NCBI RefSeq assembly: GCF_963920485.1
Contig: NZ_OY986431.1
Location: forward strand, 2,315,351-2,347,350
From: Cyanobium usitatum str. Tous
GTDB taxonomy: Bacteria; Cyanobacteriota; Cyanobacteriia; PCC-6307; Cyanobiaceae
Length of the DNA: 32,000 nucleotides
Direction of reading: 5' to 3'
Shown here: positions 11,634 to 20,646 of the stretch, in pieces
Layout of the letters: every line of letters begins with the position of its first letter
Numbering within the stretch: the first letter of the stretch is position 1
Notes under the pieces: generated by a model
The model's input: the letters and a program-made list of their open reading frames with translations, nothing else
Database searches by the model: none
Told to the model about the DNA's origin: nothing
Made by a program: the position numbers and the translations under genes

Positions 11634-13508
11634 TCAGGCGGCGACGAGCACATCTCGCACCAGGCGCACCATGCTGCGCTCGGCCAGTCCCTTGGCTAGT
11701 TGAACTCCCATCTGGCGTAGTTCCGGTTCTCCCACAAGGCGTGGCAGGCGGCGCAGCAGCATCTGGGGCTCGAAGCCGGGCAGGGCATTGAGTATGCCCA
11801 TCAACTGGCGCACCGGCTCTAGGTCGAGCAGGGGTTCACCCGCCTCGCTCAAACGGTGACGACGCAGACCTGGAGGTTGGAACCGCTCCGGTAGGCGTTT
11901 ACCGATGCGCAGGGTGGTTTGCCAGGCCATGGCATCCATGCGGCCCACGATGGCGTCTACCAGCTGTTGGCGTAGCAGCCCGCCGTTGGCTGAGAAAAGA
12001 AAGCTCAGCACCTGATCGAGCAGACCTTCGAGATCGAGCTGGGCTCCTTGGGAGGCGCTAGCGATCAGGTTGTCTAGCCTTTGCCAGCGGAAGATGTCGC
12101 CGTCGAAGAGCATCTCCTTGAGGCTCTGGCGCAGGGTGGGATCAGGGTCTTCCATCAGCCGCCGGGCGAAGTAGGGGTAGGCGGCGCCAAGGATCTTGAA
12201 CTCGGGATCAACGCTGAGGGCGATGCCCTCCAGGGTCACCAGGGAGCGAATAATTAGGGCGTAGTAGGGCGGCACCTGGAAGGGGAAGCGATACATCACG
12301 CCGGAAAGGTCATCTGTGACCGCTTTGAAATCCATGCGGCTGACTCCCTGCTCTATCGCTTGACCGAACACCTTTTCAAAAGCCGGCACTATCGGCTCGA
12401 GATTTACGTCTTCGGCCAGGAAGCCCAGGCTGACGAAATCCTTACTCAGCTTGCCGAAGCTGCGATTAACCAGGTGCACAACCGCCTGAATCAGGCCGGT
12501 GCGTGACTCGCGGCTCACCTCGCTCATCATGCCGAAGTCGAGGTAGGCGAGCCGGCCATCTGCCATAGCCAACAGGTTGCCGGGGTGGGGGTCGGCGTGG
12601 AAAAAGCCGTGCTCCAGTAGTTGCTGCAGGCTGCAGTTAACACCGACGTTCACCATGTCGTCGGGGTCGACGCCGATACCGCGCACCGCTTCGAGATTGG
12701 TGAGTTTCACCCCCTCCATCCATTCCATGGTGAGCACCCGGCGGCTGGTGGCCTGGTGGTAGATGCGGGGAACGGTGATCCGGGGGTTGTGGGCGTGTAA
12801 TTCGGCGAAGCGCTCGGCGTTGGCGGCTTCGTTGAAGTAGTCCATCTCCTCAAACACCCGCTTGCCCAGTTCATCGATCAGGGCCACCAGGTCGGAGCGG
12901 ATTAGGCCGACGTTTTGGTTCAGCCAGGAAGCGATGTTGCGCACGATGTAGAGGTCGAGCGTGATCTGCTCCCGCAGGCCCGGGCGCTGCACCTTCACGG
13001 CCACCGCCTGACCTCCCTTGAGCACGCCCTTGTGCACTTGGCCTAGGGAAGCGGCCGAGATCGGCTCGGCGTCCAGTTGCTCGTAGATATCGAGTACGGC
13101 AGCGCCCAGGTCCTCTTCGATGCAGGCCATTGCCAGGGCGGAGTCGAAGCCCGGCAGCTGGTCTTGCAGCTGGGCAAGTTCCTCCAGCAGCAGTGGCGGC
13201 ACGATGTCGGGCCGGGTGGAGAGGGCCTGGCCGGCCTTGATGAAAGCGGGGCCGAGCGAAGCCACCAGATCCGCTGCCTCCTTGGCGCGGGACCTGGCTA
13301 CCTCCGTAGCTTTGAGGCGCCCGGTGAGCCAGTCAAAACCCACCCCAAGTAGGTAAAGCCCGATTGGCACCAGGGTTTGCCACAGGCGCCGGAATAGCCG
13401 TTGCGGGTGGCCGGTGTAAATCCGGGTGATGGCGGCCGGGTCGTAGCTCAGCAGGCCAGCGGCCTCTAGAAAGTCACCCAACTCGGCTTGGTTGTTGTCG
13501 GGATCCAT
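11634..13508 (-). CDS. ABC1 (UbiB/AarF-like) atypical kinase family protein
   Basis: 624-aa ORF with ABC1-domain motifs: FIKAGQALSTRPD, AASLGQVHKG, VAVKVQRPG, FHADPHPGNL, YLDFGMM. Confidence 0.9.
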   Translation of the reverse strand: MDPDNNQAELGDFLEAAGLLSYDPAAITRIYTGHPQRLFRRLWQTLVPIGLYLLGVGFDWLTGRLKATEVARSRAKEAADLVASLGPAFIKAGQALSTRPDIVPPLLLEELAQLQDQLPGFDSALAMACIEEDLGAAVLDIYEQLDAEPISAASLGQVHKGVLKGGQAVAVKVQRPGLREQITLDLYIVRNIASWLNQNVGLIRSDLVALIDELGKRVFEEMDYFNEAANAERFAELHAHNPRITVPRIYHQATSRRVLTMEWMEGVKLTNLEAVRGIGVDPDDMVNVGVNCSLQQLLEHGFFHADPHPGNLLAMADGRLAYLDFGMMSEVSRESRTGLIQAVVHLVNRSFGKLSKDFVSLGFLAEDVNLEPIVPAFEKVFGQAIEQGVSRMDFKAVTDDLSGVMYRFPFQVPPYYALIIRSLVTLEGIALSVDPEFKILGAAYPYFARRLMEDPDPTLRQSLKEMLFDGDIFRWQRLDNLIASASQGAQLDLEGLLDQVLSFLFSANGGLLRQQLVDAIVGRMDAMAWQTTLRIGKRLPERFQPPGLRRHRLSEAGEPLLDLEPVRQLMGILNALPGFEPQMLLRRLPRLVGEPELRQMGVQLAKGLAERSMVRLVRDVLVAA

Positions 13509-13616
13509 GGGAGTTGGGCGGGCTAAGCACCGCTAAGGCGCACCAACCCCCTTCTAAACGAATCCCACTGCCGCTACGGTCTGGCCGGTACCCCAGTCCG
13601 GTTAGCGGAGGCCGAC

Positions 13617-15305
13617 GTGCTCACGGGACTGCGCCTCAGCAACATCGCCCTGATCGAGCGGCTGGAGCTCAGCTTCAGCGAGGGCTTCACGGTGCTGACC
13701 GGTGAGACGGGAGCAGGTAAATCGATCCTGCTTGATGCCCTCGATGCTCTTTTGGGTGGTGCCCAGGGCAGCGCCGGCGCCCGGCTGCTGCGCCGCGGCG
13801 CTGAGCGCGGCACGATCGAGGCCAGCTTCAGCCTTTCGCCCCCTTTGCAGGCCTGGTTGCAGCAGCAGGAGCTGGAGGTTGAGGAGGGCGAACTGCTGCT
13901 TTCGCGCGAGTGGCGCCTCACGGAGGAGCGTCTGAGCAGCCGCAATCGGCTTAATGGCGTGGTGGTGAGTCGGGCCCAGATCCAGGAGCTGCGCCCCCTG
14001 CTGCTCGATCTCACCGTTCAGGGCCAAACCCAGCAGCTGGCGCGGCCCGGTCAGCAGCGCCGCTGGCTGGATCGCTTTGGCGGCGAAACCCTTCCGCCTC
14101 TGCTGGAGCCGGTGGCGGCGGCCTGGCGTCATTGGAAACAGGCGGCGGCGGCGTTGGAGCAGGCCCGCAGCGACTGGGACCAGCTACAGCAGCAGCGCGC
14201 GGCCCAGGAGCAATTGCTGGCCGACCTGGAGGCGGCCCAGCTGCATGATCCCCAGGAGCGTCAGCAGCTCCAAAACGAGGAAAACCGCCTCGCCCATGGG
14301 GTGCGGCTGCAGGAGGGGGTGATGGTTTTGCTGGGCCGCTTGCTGGAGGGTGCAGAGCAGGCGCCATCGGTGCTGGATCACCTGGCAGCTTGCGAACAGG
14401 AGCTGCTGCAGATGGAGGCCTTAGATGGCGGCGTTAGTGAGCTGCGCAGTTGCTGCAGCGATGGTTTGGCGGCTTTGCAGGATCTGGCCCGTGATCTCGA
14501 TCGCTACGGATCGGGTCTTGATAGTGACCCAGAAAGCTTGGCGGAGCTGCAGGAGCGCATGGCCCAGCTCAAGGCCCTGGAGCGGCGCCATGGCCAGGAT
14601 TTGGCTGGTTTGATCACCCTGCGCGATCGCCTGCGGCAGCAACTGGCCCCCGGCGGTGGCGAAGCTTCCCTGGAGGCCCTGGAGCTGGCGGAGCAGCGAG
14701 CCCGCCAGCGCCGTGATCAGGCCAACGCCTCGCTCAGCGCCGCCCGCCGCCAGGCCGCCACTGCCTTGGAGCAGCAACTGATGCAGGCGCTGCGGCCGAT
14801 GGGCTTGGCCAATGTGCGCTTCGCGGTGGCGATTGCACCGGCGCCCGCGGGAGAGGAGGGAGCCGATGCGGTGCAGTTTCAGTTTTCCGCCAACCCGGGT
14901 GTGCCCCTGGCGCCCCTGGCTGAGGTGGCCTCAGGCGGTGAGATGTCGCGCTTTCTGCTGGCTCTGAAAACCTGTCTGGCGGCGGCAGACCAGCACGTCA
15001 CCCTGCTTTTCGATGAGATCGATACGGGCGTGAGTGGCCGGGTGAGCGGTGCCATGGCTGAATTACTGGCCCGCCTGGCTAAGCAGCGCCAGGTGTTTTG
15101 CGTCACCCACCAACCCCTGGTGGCCGCGGCGGCAGACCACCACTTCCGCGTCTCCAAGCAGGTGTTGGAGGGTGTCACCCATACGCGGGTGTCCCAGCTG
15201 CGGGACACCCAGGCCCGTCAGGCGGAGCTGGCCGAACTGGCGGGTGGTGATTCCGGCGAGGCCCGCAGCTATGCCGCCAGCCTGCTGGATCAACACGGTC
15301 GCTAA
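13617..15305 (+). CDS. recN: DNA repair protein RecN
   Basis: 562-aa ORF with a GTG start. Has the Walker A GETGAGKSILLDAL, a long Q/L/E-rich coiled-coil centre, the signature SGGEMSRFLLALK and the Walker B LLFDEIDTGVSG. Confidence 0.93.
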   Translation: MLTGLRLSNIALIERLELSFSEGFTVLTGETGAGKSILLDALDALLGGAQGSAGARLLRRGAERGTIEASFSLSPPLQAWLQQQELEVEEGELLLSREWRLTEERLSSRNRLNGVVVSRAQIQELRPLLLDLTVQGQTQQLARPGQQRRWLDRFGGETLPPLLEPVAAAWRHWKQAAAALEQARSDWDQLQQQRAAQEQLLADLEAAQLHDPQERQQLQNEENRLAHGVRLQEGVMVLLGRLLEGAEQAPSVLDHLAACEQELLQMEALDGGVSELRSCCSDGLAALQDLARDLDRYGSGLDSDPESLAELQERMAQLKALERRHGQDLAGLITLRDRLRQQLAPGGGEASLEALELAEQRARQRRDQANASLSAARRQAATALEQQLMQALRPMGLANVRFAVAIAPAPAGEEGADAVQFQFSANPGVPLAPLAEVASGGEMSRFLLALKTCLAAADQHVTLLFDEIDTGVSGRVSGAMAELLARLAKQRQVFCVTHQPLVAAAADHHFRVSKQVLEGVTHTRVSQLRDTQARQAELAELAGGDSGEARSYAASLLDQHGR

Positions 15306-15379
15306 AACCTCTCCAGCACTGGTCTATGCCCATGGCCAGGGGGAGCATCCGTAGACTTGCTAGTTCATGAGCCGTCTGG

Positions 15380-18300
15380 ATGCCCCGCGCCAAGAGCTCT
15401 GCAGCCTCTAGCTCTGCCACCAACGGTGCAGCCGCTAGCAGAACCCTCGCCCAGACCGTTCACGAAAAGGCCCTTGACCCGAGCCGTGTGCTCAGCGGCG
15501 GCTCTTTTGAGGATGTGATCCGGGTGCGGGGCGCCCGCCAGCACAACCTCAAAAACGTCGATCTCACCATTCCGCGTAATCGCCTGGTGGTGTTCACCGG
15601 TGTGAGTGGCAGCGGTAAGAGTTCGCTGGCTTTTGACACGATCTTTGCCGAGGGCCAGCGCCGCTACGTCGAGAGCCTTTCGGCCTATGCGCGCCAGTTT
15701 CTGGGCCAGGTGGATAAGCCCGATGTGGATGCGATCGAGGGGCTCTCACCGGCCATCTCGATCGATCAGAAATCCACTAGCCACAATCCCCGCTCCACCG
15801 TTGGCACGGTGACGGAGATCCAGGACTACCTGCGTCTGCTGTTTGGCCGGGCTGGCGAACCCCACTGTCCCCAGTGCGACCGCTCGATTCGGCCCCAAAC
15901 CATCGACGAGATGGTGGATCAGATCCTGGCCTTGCCCGAGGGCACCCGCTACCAGCTGCTGGCGCCGGTGGTGCGCGGCAAGAAGGGCAGCCACGTCAAG
16001 CTGCTGGGCGGCCTGGTGGCCGAGGGCTTTGCGCGGGTGCGTATCAATGGCGAAGTGCGCGAGCTCGCCGACAACATCGAGCTAGATAAAAACCACGCCC
16101 ACAACATTGAGGTGGTGGTCGACCGGCTTGTGGCCCGCGAGGGGGTGCAGGAGCGGCTTACCGATTCGCTGCGCACTGCACTTAAAAGGGGCGATGGTCT
16201 GGCGCTGGTGGAGGTGGTGCCCAAGGCGGATGAGGAGCTGCCCGAGGGGGTGGAGCGGGAGCGGCTCTATTCGGAAAATTTCGCCTGCCCAGTGCACGGT
16301 GCCGTGATGGAGGAGCTGTCGCCGCGGCTGTTCTCCTTCAACAGCCCCTACGGCGCGTGCCCCGACTGCCACGGCATTGGCCACCTGCGCAAGTTCACCG
16401 CCGAGCGGGTGTTGCCCGATCCCTCCCTGCCCGTTTATGCGGCGATTGCGCCTTGGGCTGATAAGGACAATTCCTATTACTTCTCCCTGCTTTATTCGGT
16501 TGGGGAGGCGTACAAGTTTGAGATCAAGACGCCTTGGAATCAGCTCAGCGCTGAGCAGCAGGAGGTGCTGCTGCATGGCAGCCAGGAGCCGATCACCATT
16601 CAGGCCGACAGTCGCTATCGCAAGAGTGCCGGCTACGAGCGGCCGTTTGAAGGCATCTTGCCGATCCTGGAGCGCCAGTTGCGCGACGCCAGCGGCGAAT
16701 CGGTGCGCCAAAAGTTAGAGAAGTTTCTCGAGCTGGTGCCCTGCGCCACCTGCCACGGCCTGCGATTACGGCCCGAAGCGCTGGCGGTGCGGGTGGGCCC
16801 CTATGCCATCCACGAACTCACGGCGGTGAGTGTGAGCGAAACCCTGCGCCGGATTGAGTCGCTGATGGGGGTGGGCGAGAGCGAGGGTACTGATCCGTTG
16901 CTCAGTCCTCGCCAGATCCAGATCGGTGATCTGGTGTTGCGGGAGATCAGGCTGCGTTTGAAGTTTCTGTTGGATGTGGGGCTCGATTATCTGAGCTTGG
17001 ATCGGCCCGCCATGACCCTCAGCGGTGGCGAAGCCCAGCGGATTCGGTTGGCAACCCAGATCGGCGCGGGCCTCACCGGAGTGCTCTACGTACTGGATGA
17101 GCCCAGCATCGGTTTGCACCAGCGTGACAACGACCGGCTGCTTAATACCCTGCTGAAGTTGCGGGATCTAGGCAACACCTTGATCGTGGTGGAGCACGAC
17201 GAAGACACGATTCGTGCGGCCGACTACGTGGTGGATATCGGCCCGGGGGCGGGGGTGCATGGCGGCCACATTGTGGCTGAGGGCAGCTTTGAGGATCTAC
17301 TGGCTGCAGAGGATTCCCTTACCGGGGCCTACCTAAGTGGCCGCCTCTCGATTCCAACTCCAGCTGAGCGGCGCAGCACCGGAAGCCGCCGGCTCACGAT
17401 GGTGGACTGCGAGCGCAACAACCTGGCCGGCTTCGATGTGGAGATTCCCCTGGGGCGGCTGGTGTGCGTCACCGGGGTGAGTGGCAGTGGCAAGAGCACC
17501 CTGGTGAATGAGCTGCTGCATCCGGCCCTGGAGCACCAGCTGGGCATGAAGGTGCCATTTCCACCTGGCTTAGGGGAGCTGCGCGGTATCAAGGCGATCG
17601 ACAAGGTGATCGTGATCGATCAATCACCGATCGGTCGTACGCCCCGCTCCAACCCCGCCACCTATACGGGCGCTTTTGACCCGATCCGTCAGGTGTTCGC
17701 CGCCACTGTGGAGGCCAAGGCCCGGGGCTATCAGGTGGGTCAGTTCAGTTTCAATGTCAAGGGTGGCCGCTGCGAGGCCTGTAGTGGTCAGGGTGTCAAT
17801 GTGATCGAGATGAACTTCCTGCCGGATGTGTATGTGCAGTGCGATGTATGTAAGGGAGCTCGCTATAATCGCGAAACTTTGCAGGTGACCTACAAGGGTC
17901 ACAGGATTGCCGATGTGCTGGAGATGACGGTGGAGCAGGCCGCCGATGTGTTCTCTGCCATCCCCCAGGCTGCCGATCGATTGCGCACCTTGGTGGATGT
18001 GGGCCTGGGCTACGTGAAGCTCGGCCAGCCAGCTCCCACCCTTTCGGGGGGTGAAGCCCAGCGGGTGAAATTAGCCACCGAACTTTCCAAGCGCGCTACC
18101 GGAAAAACGCTCTATTTGATCGACGAACCCACCACCGGTCTCAGCTTCTTTGATGTGCATAAGTTGATGGATGTGATGCAACGGCTGGTGGACAAGGGTA
18201 ACTCGATCCTGGTGATCGAGCACAACCTCGATGTGATCCGCTGTGCCGACTGGATCGTGGATCTTGGCCCAGAAGGGGGAGACAAGGGAGGAGAGATCGT

Positions 18301-18406
18301 CGTGACGGGCACCCCTGAGGAGGTGGCTGAGCATCCCACCAGTCACACGGGCAGGTATCTCAAGCAGGTTCTGGAGCAGCATCCTCCTGAGGTGGTGGTG
18401 GGTTGA
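15380..18406 (+). CDS. uvrA: excinuclease ABC subunit A
   Basis: 1008-aa ORF with two ABC modules (GVSGSGKSS and GVSGSGKST; LSGGEAQR twice). Zinc-finger Cys clusters are CPQCD, CPDCHG, CATCHG and CEACSGQG...CDVCKG. The ~45-aa Ser/Ala-rich N-terminal extension makes the exact start uncertain. Confidence 0.95.
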   Translation: MPRAKSSAASSSATNGAAASRTLAQTVHEKALDPSRVLSGGSFEDVIRVRGARQHNLKNVDLTIPRNRLVVFTGVSGSGKSSLAFDTIFAEGQRRYVESLSAYARQFLGQVDKPDVDAIEGLSPAISIDQKSTSHNPRSTVGTVTEIQDYLRLLFGRAGEPHCPQCDRSIRPQTIDEMVDQILALPEGTRYQLLAPVVRGKKGSHVKLLGGLVAEGFARVRINGEVRELADNIELDKNHAHNIEVVVDRLVAREGVQERLTDSLRTALKRGDGLALVEVVPKADEELPEGVERERLYSENFACPVHGAVMEELSPRLFSFNSPYGACPDCHGIGHLRKFTAERVLPDPSLPVYAAIAPWADKDNSYYFSLLYSVGEAYKFEIKTPWNQLSAEQQEVLLHGSQEPITIQADSRYRKSAGYERPFEGILPILERQLRDASGESVRQKLEKFLELVPCATCHGLRLRPEALAVRVGPYAIHELTAVSVSETLRRIESLMGVGESEGTDPLLSPRQIQIGDLVLREIRLRLKFLLDVGLDYLSLDRPAMTLSGGEAQRIRLATQIGAGLTGVLYVLDEPSIGLHQRDNDRLLNTLLKLRDLGNTLIVVEHDEDTIRAADYVVDIGPGAGVHGGHIVAEGSFEDLLAAEDSLTGAYLSGRLSIPTPAERRSTGSRRLTMVDCERNNLAGFDVEIPLGRLVCVTGVSGSGKSTLVNELLHPALEHQLGMKVPFPPGLGELRGIKAIDKVIVIDQSPIGRTPRSNPATYTGAFDPIRQVFAATVEAKARGYQVGQFSFNVKGGRCEACSGQGVNVIEMNFLPDVYVQCDVCKGARYNRETLQVTYKGHRIADVLEMTVEQAADVFSAIPQAADRLRTLVDVGLGYVKLGQPAPTLSGGEAQRVKLATELSKRATGKTLYLIDEPTTGLSFFDVHKLMDVMQRLVDKGNSILVIEHNLDVIRCADWIVDLGPEGGDKGGEIVVTGTPEEVAEHPTSHTGRYLKQVLEQHPPEVVVG

Positions 18407-18505
18407 GGGTTTTTTCATGACTGGAGACACAGATAACTTCTGTTGTGATGCCTCAATTGCTTTTCTTTGCTGTTAGGTTTATTTGCTCTAACACCAAACT
18501 GATTG

Positions 18506-18787
18506 ATGGCTTATATCCTTACCCATTTCTGGCCAGGTGCGACGGAAGAGCAGTATCGGGATGAAGTCGCAGCTGTACATCCAATGGGTGGTTTGCCAAA
18601 GGGGCAGCTCCATCACGCAGCTGGAGCCGTTGATGGTGGTGTGTTGGTTGTGGCAATTTGGGACTCCAAGGAGTCATCGGATCGCTTCGTTGCCGACGTG
18701 TTGATGGCTCATGTGCCTGAACCTGGTGGCTTCTCTGGTAAACCTGATGAGCGGGCTGCTGAAGCCTTTAATTTTCTTTCTCAATAG
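18506..18787 (+). CDS. small hypothetical protein, possibly ferredoxin-like alpha+beta barrel fold
   Basis: 93 aa from ATG 18506 (the track starts at TTG 18503). The sequence AYILTHFWPGATEEQYRDEVAAVHPMGGLPKGQLHHAAGAVDGGVLVVAIWDSKESSDRF resembles small dimeric alpha/beta-barrel proteins I recall. A hairpin plus T-rich terminator follows ~50 nt downstream. It lies in the low-GC islet. Confidence 0.6.
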   Translation: MAYILTHFWPGATEEQYRDEVAAVHPMGGLPKGQLHHAAGAVDGGVLVVAIWDSKESSDRFVADVLMAHVPEPGGFSGKPDERAAEAFNFLSQ

Positions 18788-18836
18788 TTCGTTCTCTGGG
18801 GTAACTTCACTCTGAATCAGGGCAAACCAACGTATG

Positions 18837-18865
18837 GGGAGCATTGAGAAGCTCCCTCTTTCTTT
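18837..18865 (+). terminator. rho-independent terminator candidate
   Basis: GGGAGC (18837-18842), an 8-nt loop, GCTCCC (18851-18856), then TCTTTCTTT. Confidence 0.55.
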
Positions 18866-19100
18866 GCCTCGCTCTGATATTCACTGAGGATTTTGTTTCC
18901 CAGGGGTGGTCTGGGCTTGAGTCGGCGGCTTCTTATGCATGGAATCAATCACCCCTTTGGTTTACCCATGAGCTGTTCGCTTGGTGCATTGACTTTGGAC
19001 TATTTAACTGTCAGTTGAATAGTGTCTTCGATTTGTTGGTTTGAATAACGCCCCTATGCCTTCATAACCACGGGTGCAGTGCAGGCGCTGGAAATGCGAC

Positions 19101-19547
19101 CTATTCCCGCACCGTATAGGTAATCTGCTCTCCCACCTTAAATAAGGGAATGGTGGTATTAATTACGGTGTCTACCGTGGATATCTCGTCGGGGCTTTCC
19201 TCTGTGCGCACTACCACCACCCCCGAGGGCTTGCTGTAGGTGTAGATGTTGGTGCTGTTCGATGCTTCGAAGCGGCCAGAGCCTGATGTTTTGATAGGGT
19301 TGGGACTTTTTTTGTACCAGGTTTCGGTGAAGACGAAGCTGTTTTTGCCAGTGCTTACTTGGTCAACTCTGCTGTAAGAGCCATCGGAGGAGTTGCCACG
19401 CCATTTTGATGTCTTTGTGTTTAGCGATGAAGCGGGGTCGTCCTTGCGCTGGGTGCGGGATAGCTCGTCGCAGCCATAGCTGCCAGCAATTAATACCAGC
19501 CCAGTGCCGAGGCATAGCCAACGATTTAGGGTCATTGCGATGGCCAT
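19101..19547 (-). CDS. hypothetical secreted protein or lipoprotein (orphan-like)
   Basis: 148-aa ORF. N-terminal signal-like segment MAIAMTLNRWLCLGTGLVLIAGSYGC has Cys at position 26, but this is not a textbook lipobox. The mature part is rich in Ser, Thr and Lys and looks beta-rich. It starts 24 nt downstream of the LCP gene on the same strand. GC is lower than the flanks (line 19261-19320 is 29/60 by hand count). Confidence 0.6.
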   Translation of the reverse strand: MAIAMTLNRWLCLGTGLVLIAGSYGCDELSRTQRKDDPASSLNTKTSKWRGNSSDGSYSRVDQVSTGKNSFVFTETWYKKSPNPIKTSGSGRFEASNSTNIYTYSKPSGVVVVRTEESPDEISTVDTVINTTIPLFKVGEQITYTVRE

Positions 19548-19571
19548 GCTCAGATCTTGCCCAACACCAAC

Positions 19572-20579
19572 CTATGGGCTGCTTTGGTCACTGCCAACCC
19601 CGGCGTAGTGGCTATTGCCGTTGGGCATCCAGTAGCTGAGGTCGTTGTGCCAGAACAGGCGGCCCGGAAGTTGCTGGGTGCTCAGTTTGGTGCTGGCCAT
19701 CGCCGAGATCAGTTGGCCCATCTCCACTGGCGAAAGATCGGTTTTGATGTCTTCGCCGGCGACTTTCAGCAGCTCCGGTAGCTGGGCTAGGGTGGAGGGA
19801 TGGGATAGTTTGCGAAATACTTGGGCCAGCACTAACTTCTGTCGCTCCATGCGACCCAGATCGCCCATCTCGTCATTGCGGAAGCGTAGGAAGCCCTCGA
19901 GTTGCTCCCCTTTCAGCATCTGGATGCCTGGATAAAGGTCGATGTAAAGGTTCTGGGCATTGTCGACGTAATACATCCGCTTAGGCACATCAACTTCCAC
20001 GCCACCAATGGCATCGGCTAGGTGCTCCACAGCGCGCATATTCACCCGCACATAGCGATCTACCGGTGCATTCAGCAGGCTTGTGAGCTCCTGTTTTAGG
20101 GCACCCATGCCACCAAATGCATAGAGCGCATTAGCTTTAATTACGCCGAACTCGGCCGATTCCACGAAGGTGTCGCGCGGCACCTGGGTGAGCTGGGTGA
20201 CCCCATCTTTGAGCTGCACCGTGAACATGACATCGGTGTTTTCGCCCACCTTGTCTGTGCCGATCACAACAACGCGCCGGTTGCCGTTGCCGAACGGGTT
20301 GATCAGGCTGGTGATCTGGCCTGGCCCTTTCAACATGGCTGCCCAAAACCCTGAGGCCATTTGCGGCAGGGGCCCGGCTAGTCCATAGCCCAGGCTGATG
20401 CCCAGTAAGAAAGCCAGAACAGGCGGTTTGCGTCGTCGAGGGTTTGGAGCTGTTTGAGGTTTGGCGTTGGTGGTTGGCTCTGCTTGACGCAGCTCGCGAC
20501 GGTTGCGCAGGTCGGTGACCACAGCCCCGCGGCTGCTTTCGCGTCGGCTGCGACGCGGGCGGGGCTGGGCCTGGCTCAT
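19572..20579 (-). CDS. LytR/CpsA/Psr (LCP) family protein
   Basis: 335-aa ORF with a basic cytoplasmic tail, one TM segment (PPVLAFLLGISLGYGLAG), then LCP-domain motifs: VVVIGTDKVGENTDVMFTV, VPRDTFV, IKANALYAFGG, VDRYVRVNMRAVEHLADAIGGVEVDVP, LRFRNDEMGDLGRMERQ. An AGGAGA Shine-Dalgarno sequence lies upstream of the ATG. Confidence 0.88.
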   Translation of the reverse strand: MSQAQPRPRRSRRESSRGAVVTDLRNRRELRQAEPTTNAKPQTAPNPRRRKPPVLAFLLGISLGYGLAGPLPQMASGFWAAMLKGPGQITSLINPFGNGNRRVVVIGTDKVGENTDVMFTVQLKDGVTQLTQVPRDTFVESAEFGVIKANALYAFGGMGALKQELTSLLNAPVDRYVRVNMRAVEHLADAIGGVEVDVPKRMYYVDNAQNLYIDLYPGIQMLKGEQLEGFLRFRNDEMGDLGRMERQKLVLAQVFRKLSHPSTLAQLPELLKVAGEDIKTDLSPVEMGQLISAMASTKLSTQQLPGRLFWHNDLSYWMPNGNSHYAGVGSDQSSP

Positions 20580-20646
20580 ATCTTCTCCTATTCAACGCAC
20601 CCTAAGGGCCGGATCCCTGCTACACCAGGGGGTGAGCGCCGCTTGT

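Noticed and set aside
13574-14381. Several - strand ORFs (13574..14014, 13602..14132, 14011..14367, 14184..14381)
   Set aside because: All are antisense to recN. The repetitive Q/L/A codons of the recN coiled coil create open antisense frames.
18844-19044. 66-aa + ORF in the low-GC islet
   Set aside because: Its only start is a TTG inside the loop of the terminator hairpin at 18837-18856, with no in-frame ATG and no recognisable fold. It could be a gene remnant, but I cannot support it as a CDS.
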